A stretch of DNA of 64,000 nucleotides from Lytechinus pictus (Eukaryota): assembly GCF_037042905.1 (NCBI RefSeq), contig NC_087252.1, positions 4,404,001 through 4,468,000 on the forward strand. The letters run 5' to 3'. This document shows positions 1-11,802 of this stretch, piece by piece; the first letter of the stretch is position 1; the number at the start of each line of letters is the position of its first letter. The translations under genes were made by a program, and so were the position numbers. A model generated the notes under the pieces. That model searched no databases. It saw only the letters and a list, made by a program, of their open reading frames with translations, and was not told the DNA's origin.

Positions 1-1025
1 TATCACGGTACACTGTATGGAAAACGTCGTCTGCTTTTGAATAGGACAGTACTTATGGGACCAACAACCCATTCATTTGCCCCAGTATCGTCTGTCAAAT
101 GTCAAATCATGTCCCACTGTTATACCCAAATATTTAAGGCAGAATTTTGGCACTGCCATATGTATTCCCCTTCATTTCATACAAAAAGTTGTTGCCAGTA
201 TTGTACACCATTTTATACATCCATACTAAAGATTGAATAATGCCTACTATAAGATTTCTTCACCATTTCGGTAGGTCCATGTTTATATATGCCTACATGT
301 ATTATGTATATGCAACAGGGCCCGGCTCTTATACCATCATTCCTTAGTCACTGAAGTTTAATTTCTATTTAGCTTTGTTTTGTAATGTAGGCCTACATTG
401 CTAGCAATGTGTGTGTTTTTTTATTGTATGTCACACAATACCCAATTATTCTCAACCATCGTCATGACCGCAAGAAACGCAGAAACGAAACACAGAATAA
501 CACGATATAGTTCAAAGTGGTTGACTTTGCGCAGTTGATGAATATTTGATGAATAATGTCGTTTAGATGACACTGATCATAACAGGAAAATTTATTTAAA
601 TGATCGTGAAAATTAATATATCTGCTCAAAATGATAACTATGCATAATAGCTATGATATCATTGGATTAAAATCACCATCACACCCTCAAACATCACACT
701 CTCAAAACAGCTTCGCATGAAGGCGTCCCGCCAAAAGTATCGGGTACAACGTGTACCAATCCGTTGGTATCGAAATTTCGTTTGATTTTTTTTTAATCTT
801 CAAATTATTCAACACATCTCAATGAGTTTAGAGTTATTTTATGTGCATGAATAATACTTACACTACAATGTTATTGTGTAACTTGCTTTACACGGTAACA
901 ACATGGATATACTATATCTCCATGCATGGTTTTACCATAATAATGTTAGAATATGTCAGTAGTAGAAATGATACGAATTGGGTATTATTATTGAAAAATG
1001 AATTGTTTTTATTTGCTCTTGCCAG

Positions 1026-1121
1026 ATCCGAAACGACCGCAGCCAACCATTCCAGCTGCTACTATTATATTGGTTTCGGTGATAACTTTGTACCTACTGA
1101 GTCCTCTTCGTTACACCTCAC
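1026..1121 (+). CDS. NLR-like gene, exon encoding a hydrophobic segment (signal anchor or signal-peptide-like): xPKRPQPTIPAATIILVSVITLYLLSPLRYTS
   Basis: Pyrimidine tract plus cag acceptor (1023-1025) and gtaatg donor at 1122. The 96 nt exon is phase 1-1 and open. Its last C joins CG of the next exon to give Pro, producing a typical EGF start (SPCASGPC). Confidence 0.7.
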
Positions 1122-1319
1122 GTAATGTATAAACACAATATGTAGTAGATATCTAAGCTTGGATTATGCATTTCATTTGTACTGTTTTACAAGTGTACTT
1201 TTCAATGATATGTTCTATGATAAATTTTACCACAAAATACGATGATTGTTTATAAGGCAGTTTCCACCTGGTTCGGTTCTTGAGGGAAAAAATTATGATA
1301 ATGACAATAATAGTAGTCA

Positions 1320-1595
1320 GTTCTTGTATAGCGCATAGCACATTATGAATAACGTCTCTATGCGCTTCCAAAGGACCTGGATATTATTACCCTGGCTGTA
1401 GCTCAAGCAGCTTTTACGCGCTCGGCATTTCAAGGAATAAATTCCTGCTAGGTACCCATTCACCTCACCTGGGTTGAGTGCAGCACAATGTGGATTAATG
1501 TCTTGCTAAAGGAAACTACGCCATGGCTGGGATTTGGACCAACGACCCTCTGTTTCAAAGTCCGGAGACTAATTCACTGGGCCACAATGCTCCAC
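1320..1595 (-). mobile_element. tRNA-derived SINE (MetaSINE-like central domain)
   Basis: Minus strand has a tRNA-like head (gtggcccagtg) then ccacattgtgctgcactcaacccaggtgaggtgaatgggtacc; related to 14865-15150. Confidence 0.75.
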
Positions 1596-2062
1596 AAATC
1601 TTTTTATATATGCATCGTTAATTGTCCTTTTTTCATTTGCTCTTATAGGTTTGAGCACTTTGTTTTTTTATCGATGACAGACTTCCATGTTCGTTGATTT
1701 CAGTTGTTGATCAATTCATACTCACCCTTACACATTTTTAAGCGTGCTACAAGCTTGTACTAGCTGGCGACTAACGTATGGCTTACTTAAGCTATTGAAA
1801 GCTAGCAAGCTGCGCATGGTCGCGAAAGGTCGCTTGATTATTTCTCTGTACGCACGTTGCAAACTTAATAAGCTATCCACTTTCTAATACAGAGGTTAAC
1901 AATGTGATTTCAGAACAAGCAGATGACACATTCTCAGAAACCTGTTTATATTGGCTGGGGATGTCTGCCCCTTGAAGAAAACCTCAAAAGGTAGTTAATG
2001 AAAACTTGTATTGATCATTTTGTTACTGTCACGCAACAGAAAAGAATATATACATATAAATT

Positions 2063-2105
<43 letters not shown>

Positions 2106-2150
2106 GTCTGCTTCGGCATATGGAATAAAGTAATCACAATTAAGGTTTAG

Positions 2151-2650
2151 TAAATGCCGTGAAAATAAAATCGTAGATTTTAAAAGGAGCATAGCTCTCA
2201 AAAATGAAAGGTAAAGTCACACTCTTCGTCAGTGCCCATGATGTGACAAATTCAAAATCCGTTTCTGAAACAGTCGTGAAAAACACGTCTGTTCATGGGC
2301 ATACGGATTGTGAAACTCACCTTTCAAAGAAATCAATGCGCTGAAGATAGGAATGCTCCTGTTTTGGAGCCGGAGATTCGCCATTGTCATCTTGCAGTCA
2401 TGGTAACGCGTCTTTAGATGCGTCTTTTACAGTGCGCTTCCTCCATCTTCAGCGCATTGATTTCTTTGAAAGGTGGGTTTCACAATCCGTATGCCCATGA
2501 ACAGACGTGTTTTTCACGACTGTTTCAGAAACGGATTTTGAATTCTCTTTTTTGTCACATCATGGGCACTGACGAAGAGTGTGACTTTACCTTTCATTTT
2601 TGAGAGCTATGCTCCTTTTAAAATCTACGATTTTATTTCCACGGCATTTA
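2151..2650. repeat. About 200 bp near-perfect inverted repeat (arms about 2151-2348 and 2446-2650) between (TA)n tracts
   Basis: taaatgccgtgaaaataaaatcgtagatt...ctgaagat matches the reverse complement of atcttcag...aatctacgattttatttccacggcattta; spacer about 97 nt. Confidence 0.95.
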
Positions 2651-2738
2651 TATATATATACATATGAGAAAGGGCGAGAGAGGGGGTATTTTAATTAATT
2701 TCCATTAAAGTTCACATTTCATACTTTCTTTCTTATAG

Positions 2739-2843
2739 CGTGTGCATCAGGACCTTGTCAAAATGGAGCAACTTGTAACGATCTCTTGCGGTCCTTTTCC
2801 TGTGTTTGTAGAAATGGTTACGAAGGAGAAAGGTGTGAAATAG
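2739..2843 (+). CDS. NLR-like gene, EGF-like exon 1 ([35 protein letters not shown])
   Basis: ctttctttcttatag acceptor and gtacga donor; phase 1-1; six Cys in canonical EGF spacing. Confidence 0.92.
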   Translation, partial: RVHQDLVKMEQLVTISCGPFPVFVEMVTKEKGVK

Positions 2844-3435
2844 GTACGATTTTCATTTTCTGCTAGCAAACATACATTTGGTTTAGAGCTCATCCTCTTA
2901 GGAAAATACTCAACGGGCAAGTAAAATTACCTAACCTTGAAATGAACAATTGACAATTATAAATTATTTGAAAAAGTATTTTATCCCGCATTGATTAATA
3001 GCATTGTTATTTAGGATTAATTATGCTTTAACACACTTGACAAAAATGGGACAACATTTCCAATAAGAGATTAAAGGAATCTATTCTTATGCCAAAGTAA
3101 TTCATTGACCTATAAAACTCATCATTATACCAAATTAGAACTATCTAGAAAAGAACGTAGTTATGAATAAATAAAAAGAGATAATCAACAACTTTAAAAA
3201 AATAAAGATTAAGATATTTCTTCAGATTTTTTTTTGTCAATCCACCGGCTTTGATTTTTTTTGGTCTCCATTGACAACAATTTTATTAAATTCTATATAC
3301 CCGCCTTAACTTGTAAGCCCACTTTTGGTCTTTCAACTTCAACTTTTAATCCGAAGACCAGTAAAACTCTGTTATACTTGTAGTATATCGAGAGGTATTA
3401 AGAACAAGCATAAGCTCATGACGGTAATTTTAGAC

Positions 3436-3586
3436 CTGGGGTCCGTTGCAGAAAGAGTTGCGTTTAAACGCAATCCAAAAATCAATCGCAAGTCCCAAAT
3501 GCGCGCTGTTGATTAGTTGAAAATCAAATTGAGCATTATTTTTTAGAGTTGCGATTGATTGCAACTCTTTCTGCAACGGGCCCCAG
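3436..3586. mobile_element. MITE with about 26 bp TIRs (PIF/Harbinger-like ends)
   Basis: ctggggtccgttgcagaaagagttgc ... gcaactctttctgcaacgggccccag; related longer elements at about 35503-35780 and 59095-59345. Confidence 0.8.
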
Positions 3587-3628
3587 TAACCACTAATGGA
3601 TGATGGATTGTAATTGATATTTCAACAG

Positions 3629-3742
3629 AAGTTGATGAATGTGCGTCTTCTCCTTGTCTTCATGGTGGTACGTGTAAGGACTTGGTTGGGTCCTTCTTCT
3701 GTGCTTGCACTCTGGGATATGGAGGCATTGGATGCGAAAAGG
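3629..3742 (+). CDS. NLR-like gene, EGF-like exon 2, calcium-binding type ([38 protein letters not shown])
   Basis: tttcaacag acceptor and gtacgt donor; 114 nt, phase 1-1; VDEC start and CxDxxxxFxC motif of Notch/fibropellin-type EGF repeats. Confidence 0.93.
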
Positions 3743-6248
3743 GTACGTTATATACCATTATACGACATCATTAACATAAACTATTTTGAATATCGATGAT
3801 TTTATCATCGGGTGAATTATTTCAAAAGTTGTCAGACAGGAATGTTGTTTCTCCTCTATTTTCAATTCCACACTGAATTAATTACTCACACTCCATATTC
3901 GACCATGAGATATGTAGGCGACTTCTTTTTTCCGACCGAGAGGCGGGAGGGGGGTTGTACTATCACCCCAGCTCATCATTGAAAGTGCTCCAATTATTCT
4001 TCCACAGCAATACCAAGAGACCAAAATGATATCCATTACTATCCATTGCTAAAATTAAGATCTTTTGCCTTTGATTCAATTTGCATTGAAAATCTACTTT
4101 GTACTTTGTAGATTCCAATATTACCTTTTTTGCATATCTTATGTTGTTATATATTATTGGTGTAAAAATCATGGGATTTATAAAGGATATTTCACTATCA
4201 CACTTTCACCAACTTAAAGATATATGTGCATTTCATGAAGGTGGTTTTATCAAATAATGTAAATAATTTTTATTGATTTCTTGACGTAATGTGTAACTTC
4301 ATAGGAGGAAGATGTATAAGAGTTTCATTTGCATTTAAGTCAACTAAGGTCTAATGTACTGTACTGAGAAATACCTGCCTAAAGGGGCTTTCACAATTGC
4401 TCGTGCGATCGTTTGCGATCATTTGGTCACAATATAAGATATTCCAAGTCTCAATGTTAGCATCAAATTCTACTACATTTTATTCTGAAATCGGGTCGCA
4501 GACCGATCGTAAGGTGTGCGGTCGCCTTAACAGTACTGGTGGAGGCCCCCGCCTCGAAATCTTGGTAAAATGGCGGGTATCGGTGGTAACATAAGAACAT
4601 CTCAGTCGCTCATGTCACTCGTGAATGTGGTGTGTCTTCACGGTGTGTAGGGTTCGAGTATCACCATGATCACATTGCCGATCAAAAAACATGACGTGGT
4701 GTGACAAGAATACATGGACAGGAAGGACAAACAGAGAGGGAAAAAAATGAAACATTAGGAAGAGAGACGAGAGATGGGGGTCTCTAATTACGACGGGGGA
4801 ACATTGTCACGCGGGTGTGGGGAGAAAGTGGGGGGGGGGTAGTGCGACCCTCAGCCATGTCAGCTAATATGAGAGAAGTGATGTTGTAGTTTGCCCCCAA
4901 AAGGTAAAGTTTGAAAAGCTGAGAGAGACAAAGAGATAGATAGAGGTATGGAGGGAGGGAGCGAAAGAGAGAGGGGGAGGGAGAGATGAGACAGGGATGG
5001 GGTGCCGGAAGAGATGGATAAAAGAGAGAGGGGTGGTGGTACTTTATCTGTCTACGGAGGAATTTATCATTCAGGGTCGTTACAGGTTATGAAAAATTCC
5101 CAATATGAACATTATTGTCATCGTCGTCATCGTCGTTTTCAGTATTTTATGACTTTCTCAATGACAGGGCGTGTTACGGTATCAATCGCCATCTCGTATT
5201 TCATTTTCTCATCTATTATCATTTAATTAATCCTGTGTTTATTACAGATCAAACCCGTCACCATACCAACACAAACATCAGAGAAAATTTGCGAGAGAGC
5301 AGTTAAGTTTGGAACATGTGTGGGACGCGAGCGACAACATGGCGGATGTTGTATCTGCGTGTGCGCGACCGATCAGTGGTGGTGGTGATGTTGGTTGCTA
5401 TAGTTACATGACTCTAAGGGAATGTCAGCTTCACATTGATGTACTATGTCAGGTATGGATTAACCTTCTCTCATGTAGATACGGGATCATTCTCTGAGCT
5501 TAACGCTCGATGGCAGCCATTCTCGAACCAAGGGCTTATCTGGGGGCGTAGCCAGCCATGAGGGGCACCAGGGAACAAATACCCCCCCCCCCCCCGCCTT
5601 GGACCTACATTATCTCCACACATTGACAACAAAATACATATTGTGATAGATGATGTAGTGTGGATAGCGAGACGACTATCCGAAATCATGAATACTCCCT
5701 GCGACGAGAATATACATATATTTCACCCAACGATTTATCCACCCCCCCCCCCTCCAATAGCTTTCAGTTATCACATGATCGTATTTGCGAATGTTGATTT
5801 CTCTAGATTCCCTAATAATAATCCCGAATCCTTCTATTCTTCCGCGTCATAGCATGCAAGTACATGTACTGTAAAACTATTTTCTGAACACACCTGCCCT
5901 CCACCCCTTTCTCTCTTGGTTTTCTCCATTTTCGTTTATTATTCTATTATGAGCTAAGAAACTTGTTAACTGGACTTACTTGACTTTTATTGCGAGGTTA
6001 AACATCCTATCCAGGGCGCTTCATCAGGCCAAATGATCTTCGGCGGAAATTTGCTGTTGTTCTCTCAGAATCCCAACTTATTCTGTAAAATGAATAAAGG
6101 AAAATGAATAGAAATCAGAAGAAGGATTTACCACATGAAATAAAAAAGGGACATTGTTGATATAGGCCTACTTATCTTACTTGCTCTTCGGGTAGCGTCT
6201 AATCTACTTCATTTGAAAAGGGTGGTTATTCAAAGAAATTAAGATTAA

Positions 6249-6733
6249 AGGGGAAGTTCACCCTGAAGAAAAGTATATCATAAAAATAGAAGAAAGAATA
6301 ATGTAAAATATTGGTGAAGGTTTGAGGAAAATCCATTCAAGATTAAGAAAGTTATTACAATTTTAAATTTTGGATTTGTGACATCATAAAAGAGCAGCTG
6401 TCCCATTGATTATGCAATATAAAATGCATAAATTTCATTTTTTTTATGGTTCATGAAGTTTTATTTTGGTTTTGCTTTTAGGAAAGGTTGTAAACTGATT
6501 TGTTTATTGATATACTGAAGGTACAGTAATAACCATTATCAACTTTCTTTTATTGATTTTTTTACCATACGGTATCTAGGAAAGCTGCTCGCATGTGACG
6601 TCACAAATCAAATAATCAAAATTCTAATAACTTTTTTATTCCATGATGGATTTTTCTCAAAACTTCGGCAATATTTTTAATTATATTTTCTGCTATTTTT
6701 ACAATCAACTTTTTGTCAGGGTAAACTTCCCCT
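6249..6733. mobile_element. TTAA-flanked MITE family A (Kolobok/T2-like)
   Basis: TTAA|aggggaagttcaccctga ... tcagggtaaacttcccct|TTAA; homologous copy at 55921-56409 and partial copy near 33005-33400. Confidence 0.85.
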
Positions 6734-7302
6734 TTAAAGGTATTACCAGGGACACGTCCCTGGTAATACATATTACTCGTCATTTTCTCGAGAACTCATC
6801 ATCACCCTATGTCTATTATTATGCCCTTGATTCATGTCTGTCGAATCAGTTTCATTCCCAGCATGCATCATCTTCCTTTCCCCAATCCAAGTCACAGACC
6901 GTGGTATCGGGTAAGGGGTAGCCTGCAGACACAGACCCTGATTGAAACTTTGATCAACAAGTGGGTCTCCACACAAAGACTAGCACATACAGGGCCTTCA
7001 GTACACAAAACATTATTAGGCTGCACATTCAGACCCTTAACTCAAGTGAAGGGTTTGCACAGCAGACGAGGTAAGGGGCACCTCGGCAAAATAATCACCT
7101 TGCCCAAGTCTGTTCAGAGATGTGTCATAAATCGTCTGTTGAAAATGTTTTATTCTTTTTTCTTCTTCAATTTCTATATAATACAATCAAATTGACAATT
7201 GACATCAACAAAATGCATGAACGTGATTATGACGAAGTTGAATGTAAGGACATGATGCATTGTCAAGAAAGATTGTGATTTAAATTCGCTTTAGAACATA
7301 TC

Positions 7303-7530
7303 ACACCGTGTATTCACAGTGTGTTCACATTGTGTCTCACTGTGTGTTCACGGTGTGTTCACATTGTCCCACAATGGGTTCACAGTGTCCCACAGTGTGT
7401 TCACTGTGTGTTCACAGTTTATTCACGGTGTGTTCACAGTGTCCCAAAATGTGTTCACAGTGTCCCACAGTTATTTACAGAGTATTTACAGTGTGTCCAG
7501 AGTGTCCCACAGTGTTTTTACAGTGTGTTA
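7303..7530. repeat. Degenerate minisatellite (CACAGTGTGTT / CACAGTGTCC units)
   Basis: Tandem 10-11 nt units visible directly; they explain the three overlapping ORFs here. Confidence 0.9.
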
Positions 7531-8037
7531 AGTTTACAGTGCGGAACCCAATGTGAAAACATTTTCACATTTGAGCATTTTAACAGTATAAATCACAACT
7601 TCACATTTTCCATTGTGTGACCCCCCCCCCCCCCGATTGTTCTTTAAGAAGTGAAAAGGGAGAGACACACAAAAAAACTTTAGGTAGCCCCGCCCCCAAG
7701 CTCCAAATAAATATACCCCGGCGCCGCCCCTGTATCAACCCATCAATTAAGAAGTATGTTTCGTCGGAAAATGTCTTAAATTCTCCAAAAGTCGGCCCTT
7801 TCGGCCATTCTCTTGTTTCCAATAAAACAACTTTCCTGCGCCACATTTTGTCACGCAACGCACCGTTCATCTTAAAACATTATCTTTTATCTTTTCATCA
7901 AGGATATGAATATGTTGGACCACAGCCTCACTTTCCCTTTACGATCCAGAAACCCTTGATAATACCTCACTCCTTCATGTTTTGCACGCTTCGAAACTCC
8001 CACCGGAATCGCCAAGACCCTCCAACCAACCCCTTAA

Positions 8038-9212
8038 AGCCCCTTTCACAATTGACGTACGACCACTTGCGACCTTTTGGTCGTGCGACAGGCTGCAACA
8101 GGCATCAATCGCCAGTCATCTCATAATATCGCACATAGGCTTTCACAGTTGCAACAGCTGTCGTACAACAAAAACAACCAGTAAAACCCGTTGCACGAGT
8201 AAGTCGATTATGATCCTATTGTGCTCGTGCGATCACATGCGAGTGTTGCACGAGGGATTGCGAGGGGAACGGTCGCACACAACGGTAGTGCAATGTTGTA
8301 AGCCGTTGCGATCGGTCTTGCAACAGTCTTATGGCACATCATATTATCGCACCCAGTCGCAAGACAGGTCTCTGTACATGTAGGTCGCTAGCACATGTGC
8401 AAGTGTTGTACGACCTCCAGTCGAGTAAATGCGACTACTTAGTTGTGCCACCTCTCGCACCAAGTCGTGCAACGTTGAACAACACTCCCACGATGATCGC
8501 CCGACCGATGGTACGACCCCGGATACGAGCTGATGCGAGTGAATCGGTCGTATTTGATCGCGTTCGGATTTTGAACATGTTCAAAGTTCAGATGTGACCA
8601 GTCACGACCACCTCGAGTTCGTGCGACCGTCTACAACGACTGCGAGTGCTCGCAAGTCACCAAGAGATCGATCGTGCAACAGCAGAAAAAAACTGTTGCA
8701 GGCGGTCGTAAACTGGTCGGATGTCAATTGTGAAAGGGGCTGTACGGTCGCATACATGCGAATGCAACGGTAGTGGAATGTTGTAAGCCGTAATTTCGAT
8801 CGGTCTTGCAACAGTCTTATATTATCGCAACCAGTCGCAAGACTGGTCTCTGTAGGTATCTAGCGCATGTGCAAGTGTTGTACGACCTCCAGTCGACTAA
8901 ATGCGACTATACGTAGTTGTGTCACCTCTCGCACCAAGTCGTACAACGTTGAACAACACTCACACGATGATCGTCCGACCGATGGTACGACCTGATGCGA
9001 GTAAACCAATCGTATTTGATCGCGTTTGGATTTTGAACATGTTCAGATTCAGATGCGACCAGTCACGACCACCTCCGACCACCTCAAATTCGTGCGTTCG
9101 TCTACAACCACTGCGAGTGCTCGCCAGACACCAAGAGATCGATCGTGCAACAACAAGAAAAATCTGTTGCAGGCGGTCGTAAACAGGTCGTACGTCAATT
9201 GTGAAAGGGGCT
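8038..9212. mobile_element. Non-autonomous DNA transposon with 27 bp TIRs and TAA flanks (PIF/Harbinger-like), with its 3' half tandemly duplicated
   Basis: TAA|agcccctttcacaattgacgtacgacc ... ggtcgtacgtcaattgtgaaaggggct|TAA; about 8268-8741 is repeated as about 8745-9212, including the right TIR. Confidence 0.88.
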
Positions 9213-9495
9213 TAATGCACACAATCGCAGCGGTTGGAAGTAGTCGCAACAGCAATTGGAAAAGGGGCTTAAACATCCGGGATGAAAACACATTAGTGAA
9301 TATTTCTTCCTCTATTAAATTGCTAGTGTTCGATTTTTTTGGAAACATTAGACGCTCAAACCATTGACATTTTTCAAAATGATCAGACACAAATCATACA
9401 TCTGTTCATTTGGGGTTTGTTAACTTATCGACATTGGTCAGCATAATCAGAAACAAAATCCTATCTTTTCATGTCATGCATTTTGCATAACTTAG

Positions 9496-9609
9496 ATTTA
9501 GACGTGTGTTCATCTGTACCTTGTCATTATGGAGGAACCTGCCAGCCATTGGGGACAATCTACCGGTGTATATGTCCCCCGGGCCGCGGAGGTGTTCGAT
9601 GTGAAACTG
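9496..9609 (+). CDS. NLR-like gene, EGF-like exon 3 ([38 protein letters not shown])
   Basis: cttag acceptor and gtgcgt donor; 114 nt, phase 1-1; six-Cys EGF pattern. Confidence 0.92.
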
Positions 9610-10264
9610 GTGCGTGACTTTACATTTAGGGGGCGCCCTATAGGGGACTAGAGTTTATTCCCCCTACTCCCCTAACCCCATGATTTTATTTTTCAAGTAG
9701 TGGAAGCAGTAGGAAGGGAAGAAATAAAAAGAAGTGAGAACTAAAAACGAAGAAAGATGTACCAATGAATGGTATGTCTTTGGGTAAACTTCAATATATT
9801 TGGCAGTTTGATGAAAGAGCTTTTGAGAGATAGGCGCCAAAACTGTGGAAAACCTTCCCCATGTTGGGTGTTGCATAAAGCTGTTCTAACGTTAAGAGCG
9901 AGTTATAAGAACGACTGGTAATCTCTTCTTGTGGCAAATGTATATATCAAAATATTCATTGACTATAATTATGATTAAGCGCGTAAGAAAGGTTCACCAG
10001 TAGTTTTTAAATTCGCGTTTAATGAATATAACAAGATTAATAAAAGACAGACTTCGATAGATTCAATTATGTGTTTAAGAAGTACATGTATTAGCTTTCA
10101 ATCAAAACTTCAAATTTCACACTCATGGAAATTTTATTATGCGTTCCAAAGAACCAAATAGTATCGTGGTCATTATCTTTAGTAATACGATCAATCATTG
10201 CCTCTCCGAAACGTTATTATGTTAAAGGTATTTACGTTTAATCAATCTTTTTGCTTTCGTCCAG

Positions 10265-11802
10265 AATATATAACAGATACCCTCTCTCTGCCCGAATGTC
10301 AACAACTGCTACGAGACCACTACGAGCAGTATTATTTCAAGATCCACATCAAGCCTTGGGATCCACAGGACTATGTGGGTCTGGAGAACATTTTTACTAC
10401 TATCACTGTACATGAGCAGGACAAAAGTTACCTTTCAAGACCGGCTAAACGCAAAGGCACATTAAAAGAACTATTAAGCACGATACAAAGTAGAAGGGTG
10501 TTACCGGGGGTGTTACTCGTTGGTGACGCCGGACGAGGCAAGTCTACTGCAGTTGCAAAGATCGCGCACGACTGGGCGAATGAAGTGACGGCTAACTTCT
10601 TTCAAAATCATACTTTATTATTCGTCCTGAAAATGCGACGCATGAACGAGACGACGACATTTGCAGAAGAGATCGTTCGATTACTGGGAAAGAAATACAT
10701 CGGCGCTGAGACTCAAATACAAAAGTATATTGATACCAATGAAAGACGTGTGGGAATTATTTTCGACGGGTATGACGAATTCACTGGCAGTGTTGAGGAA
10801 GGGGGTCACGAATCTGACATCGTGGATATTTTACGCCATTATAGTTGTAAGCAGTGCAAAGTTCTAGTAACCACGCGTCCGTTCAGAGAGGTTGACTTTT
10901 ACTTTGGAGACCCGAGTTCTGTCTATTCTAAGGTGGTACTTGAGGGATATTCAAACGACCAGGCTATGAAGTTCATTGATAGGTTTTTCGAATCTAACCA
11001 GTTAACGAAAAGGGTCCTGAAGGAATACCTTGAGAACGAACCTATCATTTCAGAACTTATAACGACCCCCCTTTTTTGCACCATGGTAATATGTTGTATG
11101 TGGAGAGAGGATAGACTGAAAGGAACCTACACAAAGTCGAGTTTCTTCGATACCACTATGAATTTTCTTCTGAAGCATGCTAAAGCTAAGGCAATCTTAC
11201 CGAAGAGTGTGGACCTTGATGATTTACTGTACCATGTCGGTGGGGTCGCGTTTGATAAACTAAGTGAGGGTGGAGATGAAAGTTCGTTGCTTTTCACTCA
11301 TGACGATTTCATGAATGTAATTTCACACAAAGAAACGAGCCTAAAGCTTGGTTTACTTACAACAGCCATGGCTTTAGATGAAGACTTCATACTCTTCATC
11401 GAATTTTTCCACAAGTTAGCCCTGGAATATTCAGCTGGGAAATATTTTGCTTTTGCTGCCTTCAACGGGAAAATGGGGGCGTGGCGTGGAAAAACAATCC
11501 TAGAACTGGGCATTTTCCAGGTTTTGGAGTTCGCAGCCGGGGCGTCCGAATCTGCTTGTGAGAAAATCTTAGGTTATATTGCCGAAGAATGCTCTTTAAG
11601 ACGGAGCTCTGTTTGTGGTAGTCAATCATACCAAGAGATGATTCTAAGCCTGATTAGTGAAGCCGAGAATATGTGTGCCGAAAATATGATCGAAGCTACC
11701 TCGCCATCTTTATTTAGACTGAACGGGACACTAGATCTTGGGTGTCCAAAGGCATCGGCCGTTGTCGGCTTCGGTAAACTTCCTCAACATGTGAAAAACA
11801 AG
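10265..11802 (+). CDS. NLR-like gene, large NACHT (STAND NTPase) exon including HD1/winged-helix/HD2 region
   Basis: Lies within ORF 10198-11808. Phase-1 acceptor tttcgtccag at 10264 matches the EGF3 donor. Motifs: Walker A GDAGRGKS (10522-10545), Walker B IIFDGYDE, sensor-1 VLVTTRP, HD1 TPLF, WH motif FFHKLALEY. Phase-0 gt donor at 11803. Confidence 0.93.

Noticed and set aside
711..743. Possible 33 nt phase-1 mini-exon (xSHEGVPPKVS) upstream of the hydrophobic exon
   Set aside because: The acceptor lacks a good pyrimidine tract, the donor (gtacaa) is weak and the peptide is too short to support.
5985..6030. Minus-strand CUGAUGA followed by a hairpin, a possible further hammerhead
   Set aside because: The GAAA core is absent (reads UUAA) and the stem is imperfect; at best a heavily decayed relic.
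7617..9390. Cluster of 70-170 aa ORFs
   Set aside because: They overlap a CpG-rich TIR element with internal duplication and show no recognisable protein motifs or splice support.
10198..10264. N-terminal 22 residues of the 536 aa ORF as a real protein start
   Set aside because: It begins at TTG and runs through a pyrimidine tract ending in cag at 10264; best read as intron.
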